A DNA stretch of 64,000 bases. Source: Salinivirgaceae bacterium (GTDB lineage Bacteria > Bacteroidota > Bacteroidia > Bacteroidales > SZUA-534). Made by a program: the position numbers and the translations under genes. Under the pieces are notes generated by a model that had not been told where the DNA came from, did not search any database, and saw nothing but the letters and a program-made list of their open reading frames with translations. The stretch spans positions 153,458 to 217,457 of the forward strand of contig JAKSOL010000002.1 of the NCBI GenBank assembly GCA_024405635.1, given 5' to 3'. Shown one piece after another: positions 46,222 to 57,000 of this stretch (within the stretch, counting starts at the first letter, position 1; the number at the start of each line of letters is the position of its first letter).

Positions 46222-47769
46222 ATGAAATATCCGATAGGCATACAGACATTTGAGGAAATAATTACAGACGGTTACGTATAAGTGGACAAGACCGAGCTGG
46301 TTTACAAACTAGTAGATTCAGGCAAATACTATTTTCTAAGTCGTCCGCGCAGGTTTGGCAAAAGTCTGCTAACCACTACATTAGAGGCATATTTCAACGG
46401 GCGCAAAGACCTTTTCCGCGGCCTCGCAATGGAACGATTGGAAAAGGATTGGACGCAGTTTCCGGTGTTTCATCTAGATTTTTCGGGAGAATCATACGTA
46501 AACGAAGGCACAACAGAAGCTGTTATAAACAAGTTTCTGACTGATAATGAATCAAAATACGGCACAGACAAAGATGAAACCACCTTTGGATTGCGATTGT
46601 TGGGATTGATAAACCGTGCCAAGGAACAAACAGGTCAAAAAGTTGTCTTGCTTATAGATGAATATGACAAACCGCTAACAGACGCCATAGGGCAACCCGA
46701 ACAACAAGACCGAAACCGCACCCAGTTACAAAGTATCTATAGTGTCATGAAACGCGCCGACAGCAGCATACGCTTCGCCTTTCTGACGGGCGTAACACGA
46801 TACGGCAAATTGGGAATATTCAGCGCGGCCAACAATCCGCAGGACATATCCATGAGCAACACCTATGCCACAATATGCGGAGTATCAGAATCAGAATTAC
46901 ACAAATATTTCGACAATGAGGTGCAGAATTTCGCCAATAAAATGAATGCAACAAAAGACGAAATGTACGAACTTCTGAAACGCAAGTACGATGGCTATCA
47001 CTTCAGTATCGAATCAACCGACATTTACAATCCGTTCAGTTTGCTCAACGCATTGTCTGACAAACGGATGGATAATTATTGGTTCAGCACCGGCACCCCC
47101 ACATATCTGGCAAAAATGCTGAAAGCAAGGAACTATGACCTTACAAAATTCAATGGCGGAATTAATTCCACAGAGGAAGGAATTGCATCGTTTGGAAATG
47201 GCGATGAGAACATCACTGCCGCACTCTACCAAGGCGGCTATCTGACTATTAAAGGATATGACGGACGAAGGTTTTACCAGTTGGGATTTCCCAACGAAGA
47301 AGTGGCCGACGGTTTTGTGCAATACTTAGTGACCGAGTATTCGGGCAAAGGCTTAGGTGCTCTTGACGATGACTTTGTGGCTTTGCGAGATGCCATTGAA
47401 ACTGACAATGTTGATGGCTTCATGCAACAAATACAAGTGATTATTAGCCAAATACCATTCGAAAGCCACGAACCAAAACTGATTGAGGCTAACTTCCGCA
47501 ATATGTTGTACTTAATGATGCGTTCCACAGGGCATCAGGCTAAAATCGAACTTCCTGTTTTAGGCGGTCGCATCGATGTCTTCTTTGAAACCAAAGTGTG
47601 CGCCTACATTATCGAGTGCAAGCGCGACCAATCGGCTGCCGAAGCCCTTGCACAGATTGATGAGAAGAAGTATGCCGTCAGAATCAGCGCCCCTGGCAAG
47701 CGCGTGGTGAAAATAGGCGCCAGCTTCAGCACCACCGAGCGCAACCTTACAGAATGGGTTGTCGGGTGA
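46222..47769 (+). pseudogene. AAA-ATPase-like plus PD-(D/E)XK nuclease gene with in-frame TAA at codon 20
   Basis: MKYPIGIQTFEEIITDGYV*VDKT...SRPRRFGKSL, IDEYDKP, KYDGYHF, GRID, IIECK, ALAQIDEKKYA; stop at 46279-46281. Confidence 0.85.
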
Positions 47770-47839
47770 GCCATTCCCACCAGAAAAATCCTTCCTAACG
47801 AAAATAATCGAAGACTATCGAAGATATTGTTTTAGTGAC

Positions 47840-47847
47840 TATATTTG
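47840..47847 (+). promoter_or_regulatory. -7 box (TATATTTG) upstream of the giant-protein cluster
   Basis: Consensus match about 230 bp before 48075. Confidence 0.4.
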
Positions 47848-48074
47848 AGAGTTATTTTTGCGATTCGCGATTGCTGTTGACATTTGCCGACATTGTCTGA
47901 TATTGTACGCATACGGTGTTTTAACAGCTGAAACATAAGAATTTGGCACTGACAAGCAAGTTGTGCATTGCTGGCACGGGACAAGATAACGGAGCCGGAT
48001 GGTGATGTAGGGAAAGCGATTTTTTCAAAAAAAAAGATTGTGAGCATTTTTATGCCACAGGTGCACTCTGGAAT

Positions 48075-51000
48075 ATGAAGTTTTGTGTGAAAACTCTGCT
48101 AACATTTGCAATGGCATGTTGCGTGTCGTTTTTGCCGCTGTGCGCAGGTACGGTCTGTGCGCAGGATGGCGCAAATGACACCGATGTTTTCGTATCTGAG
48201 GCGGCCGATGCCGTTTCTTCGCTGCTCGACTCGCTGAAGCTCACCGACGACCAGCAGCAGCGCCTTGATGCCGCCCGAAGTGTCTTTGAGACTGTCAAAT
48301 CGGCATCGAATACGGTAAAATCACTTGAAGACCTGTTCCGCAAGCGCGAGTTGAGCCTGCCTGTGGGCGTTGGCGACGGAGAAAAATACCTTATCTGCAT
48401 AAACGAGATTTACAGCGACAACGACGGCAATTCGCACATGAAGGTGTCGTGCATCATACCGCTGAACGAGAGCGGCAAGCAGCTCGCCTTCGACGGCGAA
48501 GCCATTGTTGAAGGACAGAACGGTGTGGGCACACGCGGCCGAATTGAGCTGGTGGCACCGCTTGAGCGACAGTTGGGCGGCGAAAGTTCGGTAATCTTCA
48601 AAGCCGGCACCGCTGTTGAGTTTGGTTGCAACGGATTCGAGAAACTGACGGCCAAACTGGCCTTTACGCTGAAAAGCAGCTCCATACAGACTATTGATGC
48701 CGCAGGGAAACGTACCGGACGGCTGCGGGCCGATTTGGAAGCTGACATCGACGACATCAACAACTTCACCGTATCGTTCGGCATCAACAATAGGTTTGTG
48801 ATGAAGGGGCTCGGCAACTATATTTTCAGCATCAGCGGAGCCACGCTCGACCAGAGCTACACCCAGACATCGGCCATGGTGAGCTTCCCCGACGGCTACT
48901 TTGAAGGCGGCACTGATGACGACCGCAACATGTGGCGTGGCCTTGCCATATCGCAGGCCGAAGTGCAGCTGCCCGACTTCATGAGCCGCCAGGACACAAC
49001 CAAAGCGCCAACACCGACCCGCTTGTCGCTTTCGGGCGTGATAATCGACGGTGAAGGTTTCAGCTGCCATGCCGCGGCGCAGAATGTTACATCGAACAGT
49101 GTCAAATCCGACTCGTGGGACCTGAGCGTGAGCGATTTTGAAATCAGCCTTCTGCGTAATCAGGTAAAAGGCGTAACCTTTGGCGGTAAAATCAACGTGC
49201 CGCCATTGGGCGAAAGTTCGAAACTCGACTACGCGGCCAGCCTGAACATCGAAACCAGCAATTACAGCATTGAAGCCGCCCTACCCGACAGCGCCGAGTT
49301 TCCGATGCTGAGCGGCGCGCTTGAGATTGCATCGAACTCAACAATAAGGGTTGAGATTGACGGCAACAAGATTAAGCCCGAACTCAACCTGAACGGAACA
49401 ATATCAATCAACGCGGCCATTGGCAACAGCCAGAACAACAACCGCCTGACTCTGCCCGACATCGAATTCCAGCAGATGCGCATCAGCCCAACTGATTTCA
49501 GTTTGGGGCATGTTGGACTCACCGGCAAGCTGCAGACGCCCAATGTGGCCGGATTCCAACTCACAGTGAGCGAGATAAGCAGCTTTGAGACCGACGACAG
49601 CACTTCGGCCGGGCTGGCAGTTACGGCAGGCGTGCATGTGGCCGAAAAATTCACCGGCGAAGCCGGGCTGCGGCTCTACGGCAACATACAGAAATGGAAA
49701 TTCAGCGATGTTGAGATTGGAAAAATACACATCGGATATGAACAGAACGCCTTCTCGCTTGCGGGCGGCATTGAGTTCCGTAGCGGCGACGAGATATACG
49801 GCCGTGGCTTCCGTGGCGATGTTAAGATGAAACTGCTGAACGGCCAGCTGCAGGTTGACGCCGTGGCGGTTTTCGGCAAAAAAGACAACTACCGATACTT
49901 CCTGACCGATGCTTTTCTTGAAACCACGCCAGCCAAAGGCGTTAAAGTATCGTTCCTGAACTTCTACGGCGTTGGCGGCGGCCTTTACAGCAAGATGCAA
50001 CAGCAACGCGGTGAGGCGACGTGCGATTTCGGCGAATCGCTGTCAAAAATAAACTATGTGCCCAACAAAGATGTGTCCATAGGTCTGATGGCGCGCACAA
50101 AATTCGGCTTCTCGGGCAGCGACAAGCTTATGGATGCCGATGTGGGGCTCGAAATACAGTTTAACAAAAATTGGGGCGTTAACTTCATACAGCTGCGCGG
50201 CGACGCCACCTTTGTGTGCAAGGATTTGGGCGCAGGCCTGGCTCAGAGCATAAAGAGCAATATGGATAAGATTGAAGGCGCTTCGAAAGGTGTTGTGGAA
50301 TTCAAGAAGGAGCAACTGGCCGAACCTAAAAACAACGGCGTTCTGCGCGCTTCGATGGGTATGATGTTCGATATTGAGAACGAGACGTTTACTTCTGACC
50401 TGAAGGCCTACCTGAACGTGGGCGACATACTGCGCGGCAGCGGCCCTAACGACCAGCTTGGCTTTGCCAACATTTACGTTTCGAAAGACAAATGGTACAC
50501 CCGCATTGGCACGCCCGATGAGCGCTGCGGAGTAAAATTGTTGGGCATTGCCGAAACCGACAGCTATTTTATGATGGGTGACGACATTCCCGGTCTGCCC
50601 GACTTGCCTGACGAGATTCTGAACAGCAGAGTAATAAGCGACGCACAACGCGGCAAACTGACGAACCGCCCCGATGCCAGACTGCTCGCCCAGGGCAAGG
50701 GCATTGCCATGGGCTCAAGTTTGAAAGTGGGATTCGATGCCACGCTGAAACCCTTCTACGCCACTTTCAATTTGGGCATGGGCACCGAGTTTCTGCTGAA
50801 AGACTACGGCCCCAATGTGCACTGCAAGGGCTCGAGCGACCCGGTGGGCATTAACGGCTGGTATGCGCAGGCGCAGGCTTGGGCATACGGCAACGCCAGC
50901 GTTGGAATGAAGGTGAATCTGTTTAAGAAATCGCGCGAATTCAACATTTTCAAAGGCGGAATGGTTTCGTACCTGACAGGCGCCGGCCCCAAGCCCTTCT

Positions 51001-52592
51001 ATTTCAACGGCATGGTTGGCGGCGATTTCAATGTGCTGAACGGACTGGTTAAAGGCCGTTTCACATTCGATTTCCAGATTGGCGACACCTGCCAGATGGT
51101 TGGAGGAAGCCCCTTTGGCGAGGATGTGATTGCACAGCTCACACCCGACGGCGGCAGCACCGATGTGAACGTGTTTGTTGCCCCGCAGCTTGTGCTGAAC
51201 GTGCCGGCAAACCAAAAAATGGACCTTGACGACGGCTGTACGTACCGCATTGATATTGACGAGTTTACAATAACCAATCTCGAAAGCAACGCTGCCGTTG
51301 AAGCCACCATGCAGACAAGCGACGACAACCGCACCTTCACCTACAAGCTGAAGAGCCCGCTTGAGAGCCGGCAGAAACACAAGGTGCAAGCCAAAGTATC
51401 GTTTAAGAAACTGAGCGGCGGCAAATGGGAAACCGTTAAGAACGAAGACGGCACAGCCTGCGTTGAGACCAAGACCGTAGAGTTCACTTCGGGCGACAGA
51501 CCTGACTACATTATGCCCGAGCATGTACTATACAGCTACCCTGCCGACCGCCAGTACAACTTCTACAGCAGCGAGCACTCTGAGGTTTACCTGCTTGTGG
51601 AGTACGACTACAGCTACCTTTTCACCACCCAAAAACCTAAGGACTGCGACCAACTGCTGCAACTCACACCCTTTGGCGGCAAGGCGCAGACCACCACTTT
51701 CAATTACACCACCAGCCCACGCCAAACCACCGACCCCAATGTGCGGTTTGAGGTTTACGCCAGCACAAGCAAACTCAGTTTCTCGCCCGATGTTATTTAT
51801 CACCTTGCCATTATAAACAAACCCACGGCAACAGCAGCCAAAACCGACGCCAACATTAAAGCCACCAGCGAAAAAATTGCCGACACCCGTTCCGATATGC
51901 AGAAGACCACACGCTCAGCCGAAGGCACAATTGAGATTAAGGATATTACAAATATTTATGAGCTTGATTTTAGAACGAGTGCTTATAGTACGTTTAGCGA
52001 GAAGATGGGGAAAATGGCAATTGGTAGTATTGTACCATGGCAAGAATACTCATTTGTTTATAATCTAAAAGCAAACATTGTTGACAAAAGCACCACCACA
52101 GAAAACCTTGATTTTACAGAATACGAAAACAACTCTGATGCTGGCAGCATTAAGATAAAACCAGACTATGCAAATACACCATGGTATGTTGACAATGTAG
52201 AGCCATTGATGTATGGAAACGAAGATTTACAAAAAGTAATAGGCAATATTGAGCCACCAACCAATAGAGATATTATGTATTGGTACAACGGTTCTGGCTT
52301 TACAAAACTTAGTGATAATGCTATTGAAACAGGTACTCGCAATAGCGTAGACGGATGGAACAATATAAACAACCACATGCAAAAATACATTGATGAAGAT
52401 TTGTGTAGCATAAGAACTACAGTAGCCAATAAAGTAGCAAAAGGAACAGCTAAAACCGAAGGTGTACAACAATTTTTAAATGCAGACAACATACCACCAA
52501 CCACCAAGGGGGCATATCCTATAATATTAGAATATACCTTGCCCGGCAAGAGCAAGACAACAAGCAAATATCAAATGAATTTAAATTTATAA
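48075..52592 (+). CDS. Large secreted beta-rich hypothetical protein (1505 aa)
   Basis: Signal peptide ending CAQD; long Gly/aromatic beta-strand region; Ig-like segments near the C-terminus. Confidence 0.85.
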   Translation: MKFCVKTLLTFAMACCVSFLPLCAGTVCAQDGANDTDVFVSEAADAVSSLLDSLKLTDDQQQRLDAARSVFETVKSASNTVKSLEDLFRKRELSLPVGVGDGEKYLICINEIYSDNDGNSHMKVSCIIPLNESGKQLAFDGEAIVEGQNGVGTRGRIELVAPLERQLGGESSVIFKAGTAVEFGCNGFEKLTAKLAFTLKSSSIQTIDAAGKRTGRLRADLEADIDDINNFTVSFGINNRFVMKGLGNYIFSISGATLDQSYTQTSAMVSFPDGYFEGGTDDDRNMWRGLAISQAEVQLPDFMSRQDTTKAPTPTRLSLSGVIIDGEGFSCHAAAQNVTSNSVKSDSWDLSVSDFEISLLRNQVKGVTFGGKINVPPLGESSKLDYAASLNIETSNYSIEAALPDSAEFPMLSGALEIASNSTIRVEIDGNKIKPELNLNGTISINAAIGNSQNNNRLTLPDIEFQQMRISPTDFSLGHVGLTGKLQTPNVAGFQLTVSEISSFETDDSTSAGLAVTAGVHVAEKFTGEAGLRLYGNIQKWKFSDVEIGKIHIGYEQNAFSLAGGIEFRSGDEIYGRGFRGDVKMKLLNGQLQVDAVAVFGKKDNYRYFLTDAFLETTPAKGVKVSFLNFYGVGGGLYSKMQQQRGEATCDFGESLSKINYVPNKDVSIGLMARTKFGFSGSDKLMDADVGLEIQFNKNWGVNFIQLRGDATFVCKDLGAGLAQSIKSNMDKIEGASKGVVEFKKEQLAEPKNNGVLRASMGMMFDIENETFTSDLKAYLNVGDILRGSGPNDQLGFANIYVSKDKWYTRIGTPDERCGVKLLGIAETDSYFMMGDDIPGLPDLPDEILNSRVISDAQRGKLTNRPDARLLAQGKGIAMGSSLKVGFDATLKPFYATFNLGMGTEFLLKDYGPNVHCKGSSDPVGINGWYAQAQAWAYGNASVGMKVNLFKKSREFNIFKGGMVSYLTGAGPKPFYFNGMVGGDFNVLNGLVKGRFTFDFQIGDTCQMVGGSPFGEDVIAQLTPDGGSTDVNVFVAPQLVLNVPANQKMDLDDGCTYRIDIDEFTITNLESNAAVEATMQTSDDNRTFTYKLKSPLESRQKHKVQAKVSFKKLSGGKWETVKNEDGTACVETKTVEFTSGDRPDYIMPEHVLYSYPADRQYNFYSSEHSEVYLLVEYDYSYLFTTQKPKDCDQLLQLTPFGGKAQTTTFNYTTSPRQTTDPNVRFEVYASTSKLSFSPDVIYHLAIINKPTATAAKTDANIKATSEKIADTRSDMQKTTRSAEGTIEIKDITNIYELDFRTSAYSTFSEKMGKMAIGSIVPWQEYSFVYNLKANIVDKSTTTENLDFTEYENNSDAGSIKIKPDYANTPWYVDNVEPLMYGNEDLQKVIGNIEPPTNRDIMYWYNGSGFTKLSDNAIETGTRNSVDGWNNINNHMQKYIDEDLCSIRTTVANKVAKGTAKTEGVQQFLNADNIPPTTKGAYPIILEYTLPGKSKTTSKYQMNLNL

Positions 52593-52604
52593 AAACAAAA
52601 AATT

Positions 52605-54080
52605 ATGAAAACAAAAAAACTATTAACCATTGCCGCAATGGCATGTGTGGCATTGAACTTTACAAGTTGCAAGGACGAGGAATTTGACTTGTCTTTTGAA
52701 AAATGCGTATCGGAAGTTGATGCTATAAAAATTAAAGATGGCGACACCATTTGCAAGAGAAGTATCAATTTGAAAATGCCTGTTTACACTAACTATGAAA
52801 GTGTGAAAGGCAGAAGCCTTATTAAAGTAGGCACATCAAAGGAAAATATGTCTGTTGTAGGAGCAACCAGCATAGAATTAGAGCCATTTGCCATTTATTA
52901 TGTAGAAGCCACACCATATATAGTTCACGGAAACGATACAACATTTGGCGATACTCAGGAAATTAAATTCTACTCCATACCAAAGCATGATTTAGCCCTG
53001 ACAGCTGATTATGGCAATGGTGATATTGCCGCCAATATCCATTGGAAACTGCAGTATTACTACGAAGAAGATGATAAAGTGGTGTATGAAGCAACAACTG
53101 ACAATCCCTTTGAAGCAGGTTATAGTTCAGCGACTAAACACATAATTCACAATTATTACGAATGCAACAATTTAGCATCAATGGTTAATGTCAATCTGAT
53201 TACTAGTTACGACACAGCATACAACAAGAGTGCAATGACGTTCCCTGTCAGTGTTGATTCATGTTACATTGCTCAAGGAGGAACACGTGAAAGACCCGAC
53301 TATCCAGCATACATTTACAGGTATTGGAAAGATGGCAAGACCATAATGCATTACGACCCTGTTATATACGATTTCTGCTTTGATGTTGCCGTTCCAGTTG
53401 GAGAAAGCACCATTAGTGTAAAAGACACCATTCGTGGCATATTGATGGACAAACAGAACTGTGTTTGTGATTATGAATTCAATATATACAGAATTGCAAA
53501 AATAGGTAATAAGGTTTGGACTCTTGATGACTATAGGGGGCCGACTAGAATGGAATACCCATTGGAAATAGTACACAAAAATTGGTTAATTGATTTTTAT
53601 GGGTATAATGAGTATTTATACAATTTTGTTAATAGCTATGGGTATGGAATAAACTATTTAAAAGGTTACCATGAGGCAAATGAAGAAGATTGGAATGACT
53701 TGTTGATGTATTTAGGAATAAATGAGAAAACAGATACATTATCCATGTATGACGAAAACGTTTTAATAAAATTAGGAAATACAGACACGACATTGAACCG
53801 TTATTTTGCAACTAACGGTGCAGTGCATGAATTATTCTCATCATACGGATGGACAGACAGTGTCGGCAATTTTACAGAAACATATCAAGGTGTTTTCAAC
53901 GCAGTTCCTAAAGGAGGAGTATATTCTTCGATAAAATACGATAATTTAATAAGAGGCAAATATGCTTTTTTTAGATCAAAAGGTCTTACTTGTTACATTA
54001 TATCAAAGAATTATGGCGGTATAGCAATTGGTGGTCATTCGTTTCTTTATTTGGGTAGTATTAGATTCGTAAAGGATTAA
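52605..54080 (+). CDS. Lipoprotein with FISUMP-like (Fibrobacter major paralogous) C-terminal domain
   Basis: Lipobox FTSC; NIYRIAKIGNKVWT, ..EEDWNDL, FNAVPKG, SIRFVKD terminus. Confidence 0.75.
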   Translation: MKTKKLLTIAAMACVALNFTSCKDEEFDLSFEKCVSEVDAIKIKDGDTICKRSINLKMPVYTNYESVKGRSLIKVGTSKENMSVVGATSIELEPFAIYYVEATPYIVHGNDTTFGDTQEIKFYSIPKHDLALTADYGNGDIAANIHWKLQYYYEEDDKVVYEATTDNPFEAGYSSATKHIIHNYYECNNLASMVNVNLITSYDTAYNKSAMTFPVSVDSCYIAQGGTRERPDYPAYIYRYWKDGKTIMHYDPVIYDFCFDVAVPVGESTISVKDTIRGILMDKQNCVCDYEFNIYRIAKIGNKVWTLDDYRGPTRMEYPLEIVHKNWLIDFYGYNEYLYNFVNSYGYGINYLKGYHEANEEDWNDLLMYLGINEKTDTLSMYDENVLIKLGNTDTTLNRYFATNGAVHELFSSYGWTDSVGNFTETYQGVFNAVPKGGVYSSIKYDNLIRGKYAFFRSKGLTCYIISKNYGGIAIGGHSFLYLGSIRFVKD

Positions 54081-54090
54081 CGTTATAATT

Positions 54091-57000
54091 ATGAAACAAC
54101 TACTATTGTTGATATGGTTTATATGTGCATTTCAGTACTCGTTTGCTGAAGTTGACGATTCGAATGTAGCACATGATTTAACAAGCATCGTTATACGTCA
54201 AAAATTCGAAGGCTCAGGCCTTTGCGAAAAAATGCCAGAATTCGATAGTAGTAAAGTATATTATGATTCAATAGTTAAAGGTAAAGAACAATTAATTATA
54301 GACGCCGCAAATGACGTCAACAATTATTTAGACAGTGTTACCTATGAATATGATTTTGGCAAAAAGGGAAAAACATTCAAGAAAGGGGATAGAACCATAC
54401 GTCAAATTGTGATTAAGTCTCATGTCAAAGAAATGAAGAATGACAAAGATCAGGAATTCATATTTGACATGAAACCAGGATTGAATTTAAAGACAAAAGG
54501 TGCTTCTGATCCATGTTACAATTTGTTTAACGATTTTGCAGGAGGTCATCGTAATTCATATTCTATCCAAACAACATTTATTTGTGACGTACCTATTCCC
54601 GTAAAAGTTCTTAATTCTGACAATAGTAGTCATTTGAATATTGACAAAAACGAATGCTTGGAATTGCAATTAGGTGAATATTACGAAAAGGGTAATACCC
54701 GAATTAGGTATAAAGTAAACGGAACCGATAAATGGGAAACTATTTATAAAAATGTTGAGATAGCCCAAAACAAAAGCATTGAACTTAGGTATCAAGACAT
54801 TGTTGGACCATACGGAAGTGCCGATTTTATTGCAAACATTGGTAAAATCATTACAATCAGGGTGGAAAAACAATTGCAGGATGGAACAGGACGATGGACA
54901 TACAATAAAGATGTGGAGTGTAGGTTTTACTCACAAGGCCCTGATTTTGACATTGTAGATATTCACAGAACCGCTTGCGATACAGAACCACTGTCAATAA
55001 AGATTAATATCGAAAATGTTGAATTATTTGACATATTCATTGGTGACGGCTCTATATATTGGAATTTAATACACGATCCTAATGCTAGAGATAAAGATTC
55101 GATAAATACAGGAGCTCCGGCTTTTCGTCTGGATAAATGTAAATCAACAGATGTATCAAATGAATTTATACTATATGGAACAGAAAAATCTATTAATACA
55201 TCTTTGTTGGATTATCTAAATGATACAACAAAAAAAGCAACTCAAGGTTGGTGGTGCATACAATTAGCTACATTAGAAACTTCTCTTCAAAGTTTTATTT
55301 CCACTAAAAAGCCTTTTAAGCTATCTCCGAAACCAGCTCCAATAACCGCCCAACAAGTACCGAATCCAGATTCGACGGCATCACCTACCGATCCAGTTAT
55401 ATATTTGGATATAAAAGATACCACGCCATATAGGTTGCCTTATAGCATATATGCGTATGATAAATTGGGGAGTATCCAGAATTCTGGCGAACCAATTTGT
55501 GAATTTTCACTGCACAAAGAAGGTTCAGAAGAAGGGTATGGCAATCTAAGAGAAAAATTTAATGAAGAAAAACCCAACTATTCATTTGCAATTACAAAGA
55601 GCGATTATTTAAAAACATACTTCAGTAGTTGGTATAATAATCAGACTGACACAATACGTTCTACCTTGCTTTTGGGGGAGCCAAATGGAAACGAATCAGC
55701 AGGAGATAACTGGGAACCAGAAACATACTCAGAAACAAATGTTGATTACATTTATATGCTAAAAAAATACGATGGAGAATACACCTATATAGTCAATTTT
55801 AAAATTTCGAAGAAAAATGGAACTTATTCTGGGGGTAAGTTCATAAAAATTAAAGGTGATGTAGCATCTTCATTGTCTAACACCTGTGCTGGTGCTAGTT
55901 CGAACGATACTTATACATTTTCTATTACCAAAAAAGACAATTATAATGTTGAACTTAAGTTAAGTCGTAAAAAAAGTAACTCAAGCGAAGAAGATAATTT
56001 AACAATATACTGTACAGATCCCACTGTTAAGTTTATAGCAGGAAACAACGGATATTATTTAACGGAAAAAATTGAAGCAGAAAATGATGGTTTGATATTG
56101 ATAGACATGAAAGACCTTTCGACAATATCCGTATGTAATGAACACGAAATCCCATTATCATTAAGCGATATAGGAGATATTAATAGCCGTTATTATGTAG
56201 CTAATAAAGATTTGATAGCTATTCAAGATGGAGGAGGCAGTATCAAAGTTTTGTATAATGGTATTTCTTATGAGGCATACAATAATGGAATCCAACGTCC
56301 AACTCTAACATCAGTTCAGGACTATGATGATGGCAAAGGTTTTACATATGTAATGGGAGGAAAGAAATATTGCCGATATTACAACCCATTGTCAGTTGAC
56401 GAAATGTATTCAATAAGCAATGACAAAAACTCTGACAAGGAAATAATAGGGTATGAAAAAGCGAAAGAGAAAATAGCGTGGGAAAAATTTGTGCAAGAAA
56501 GAAACAGCCGATGGGCAGAATTCCAAGATGATATATTCAAGAAATACTATAAGATAACAGGCATCCCAAAAAAAGATTTTTTGCCCAAATCAATAGGAAA
56601 TCAGAAAGCATATAGCGGATATATAAAAATAAAAGATTCAGATGGCTGCTATAGCGATACTATACCATATACATACAAATACAATGATTTCACAATTGAG
56701 TCGGAGGTTACTAAATATCCAGAAACGACAGTATCAGAAAATGGAGAAATTAAATTAACAAAAATCAAAGGCTCAGATACACCATATACATATAAGGAAG
56801 ATACAATTAAAGTCGGAATGGTTATTTCTGGTTTGAAGTATGGCGATAATCCATTAACATTTGCAAGCAAAACTGACAGTAATATTTTACGAACAATAAG
56901 AATAAATTTACCATTTGTATGTACGCCAAGTCCCCAAAAATGTAAAAATGGTTCTGGATCAATAACGGTTACTGATACAAGTAGAAATCCTATCGCAAAA

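Noticed and set aside
46279-46281. Genetic-code reassignment of TAA
   Set aside because: TAA ends many conserved genes here (tkt, ychF, mnmA), so this is an isolated lesion
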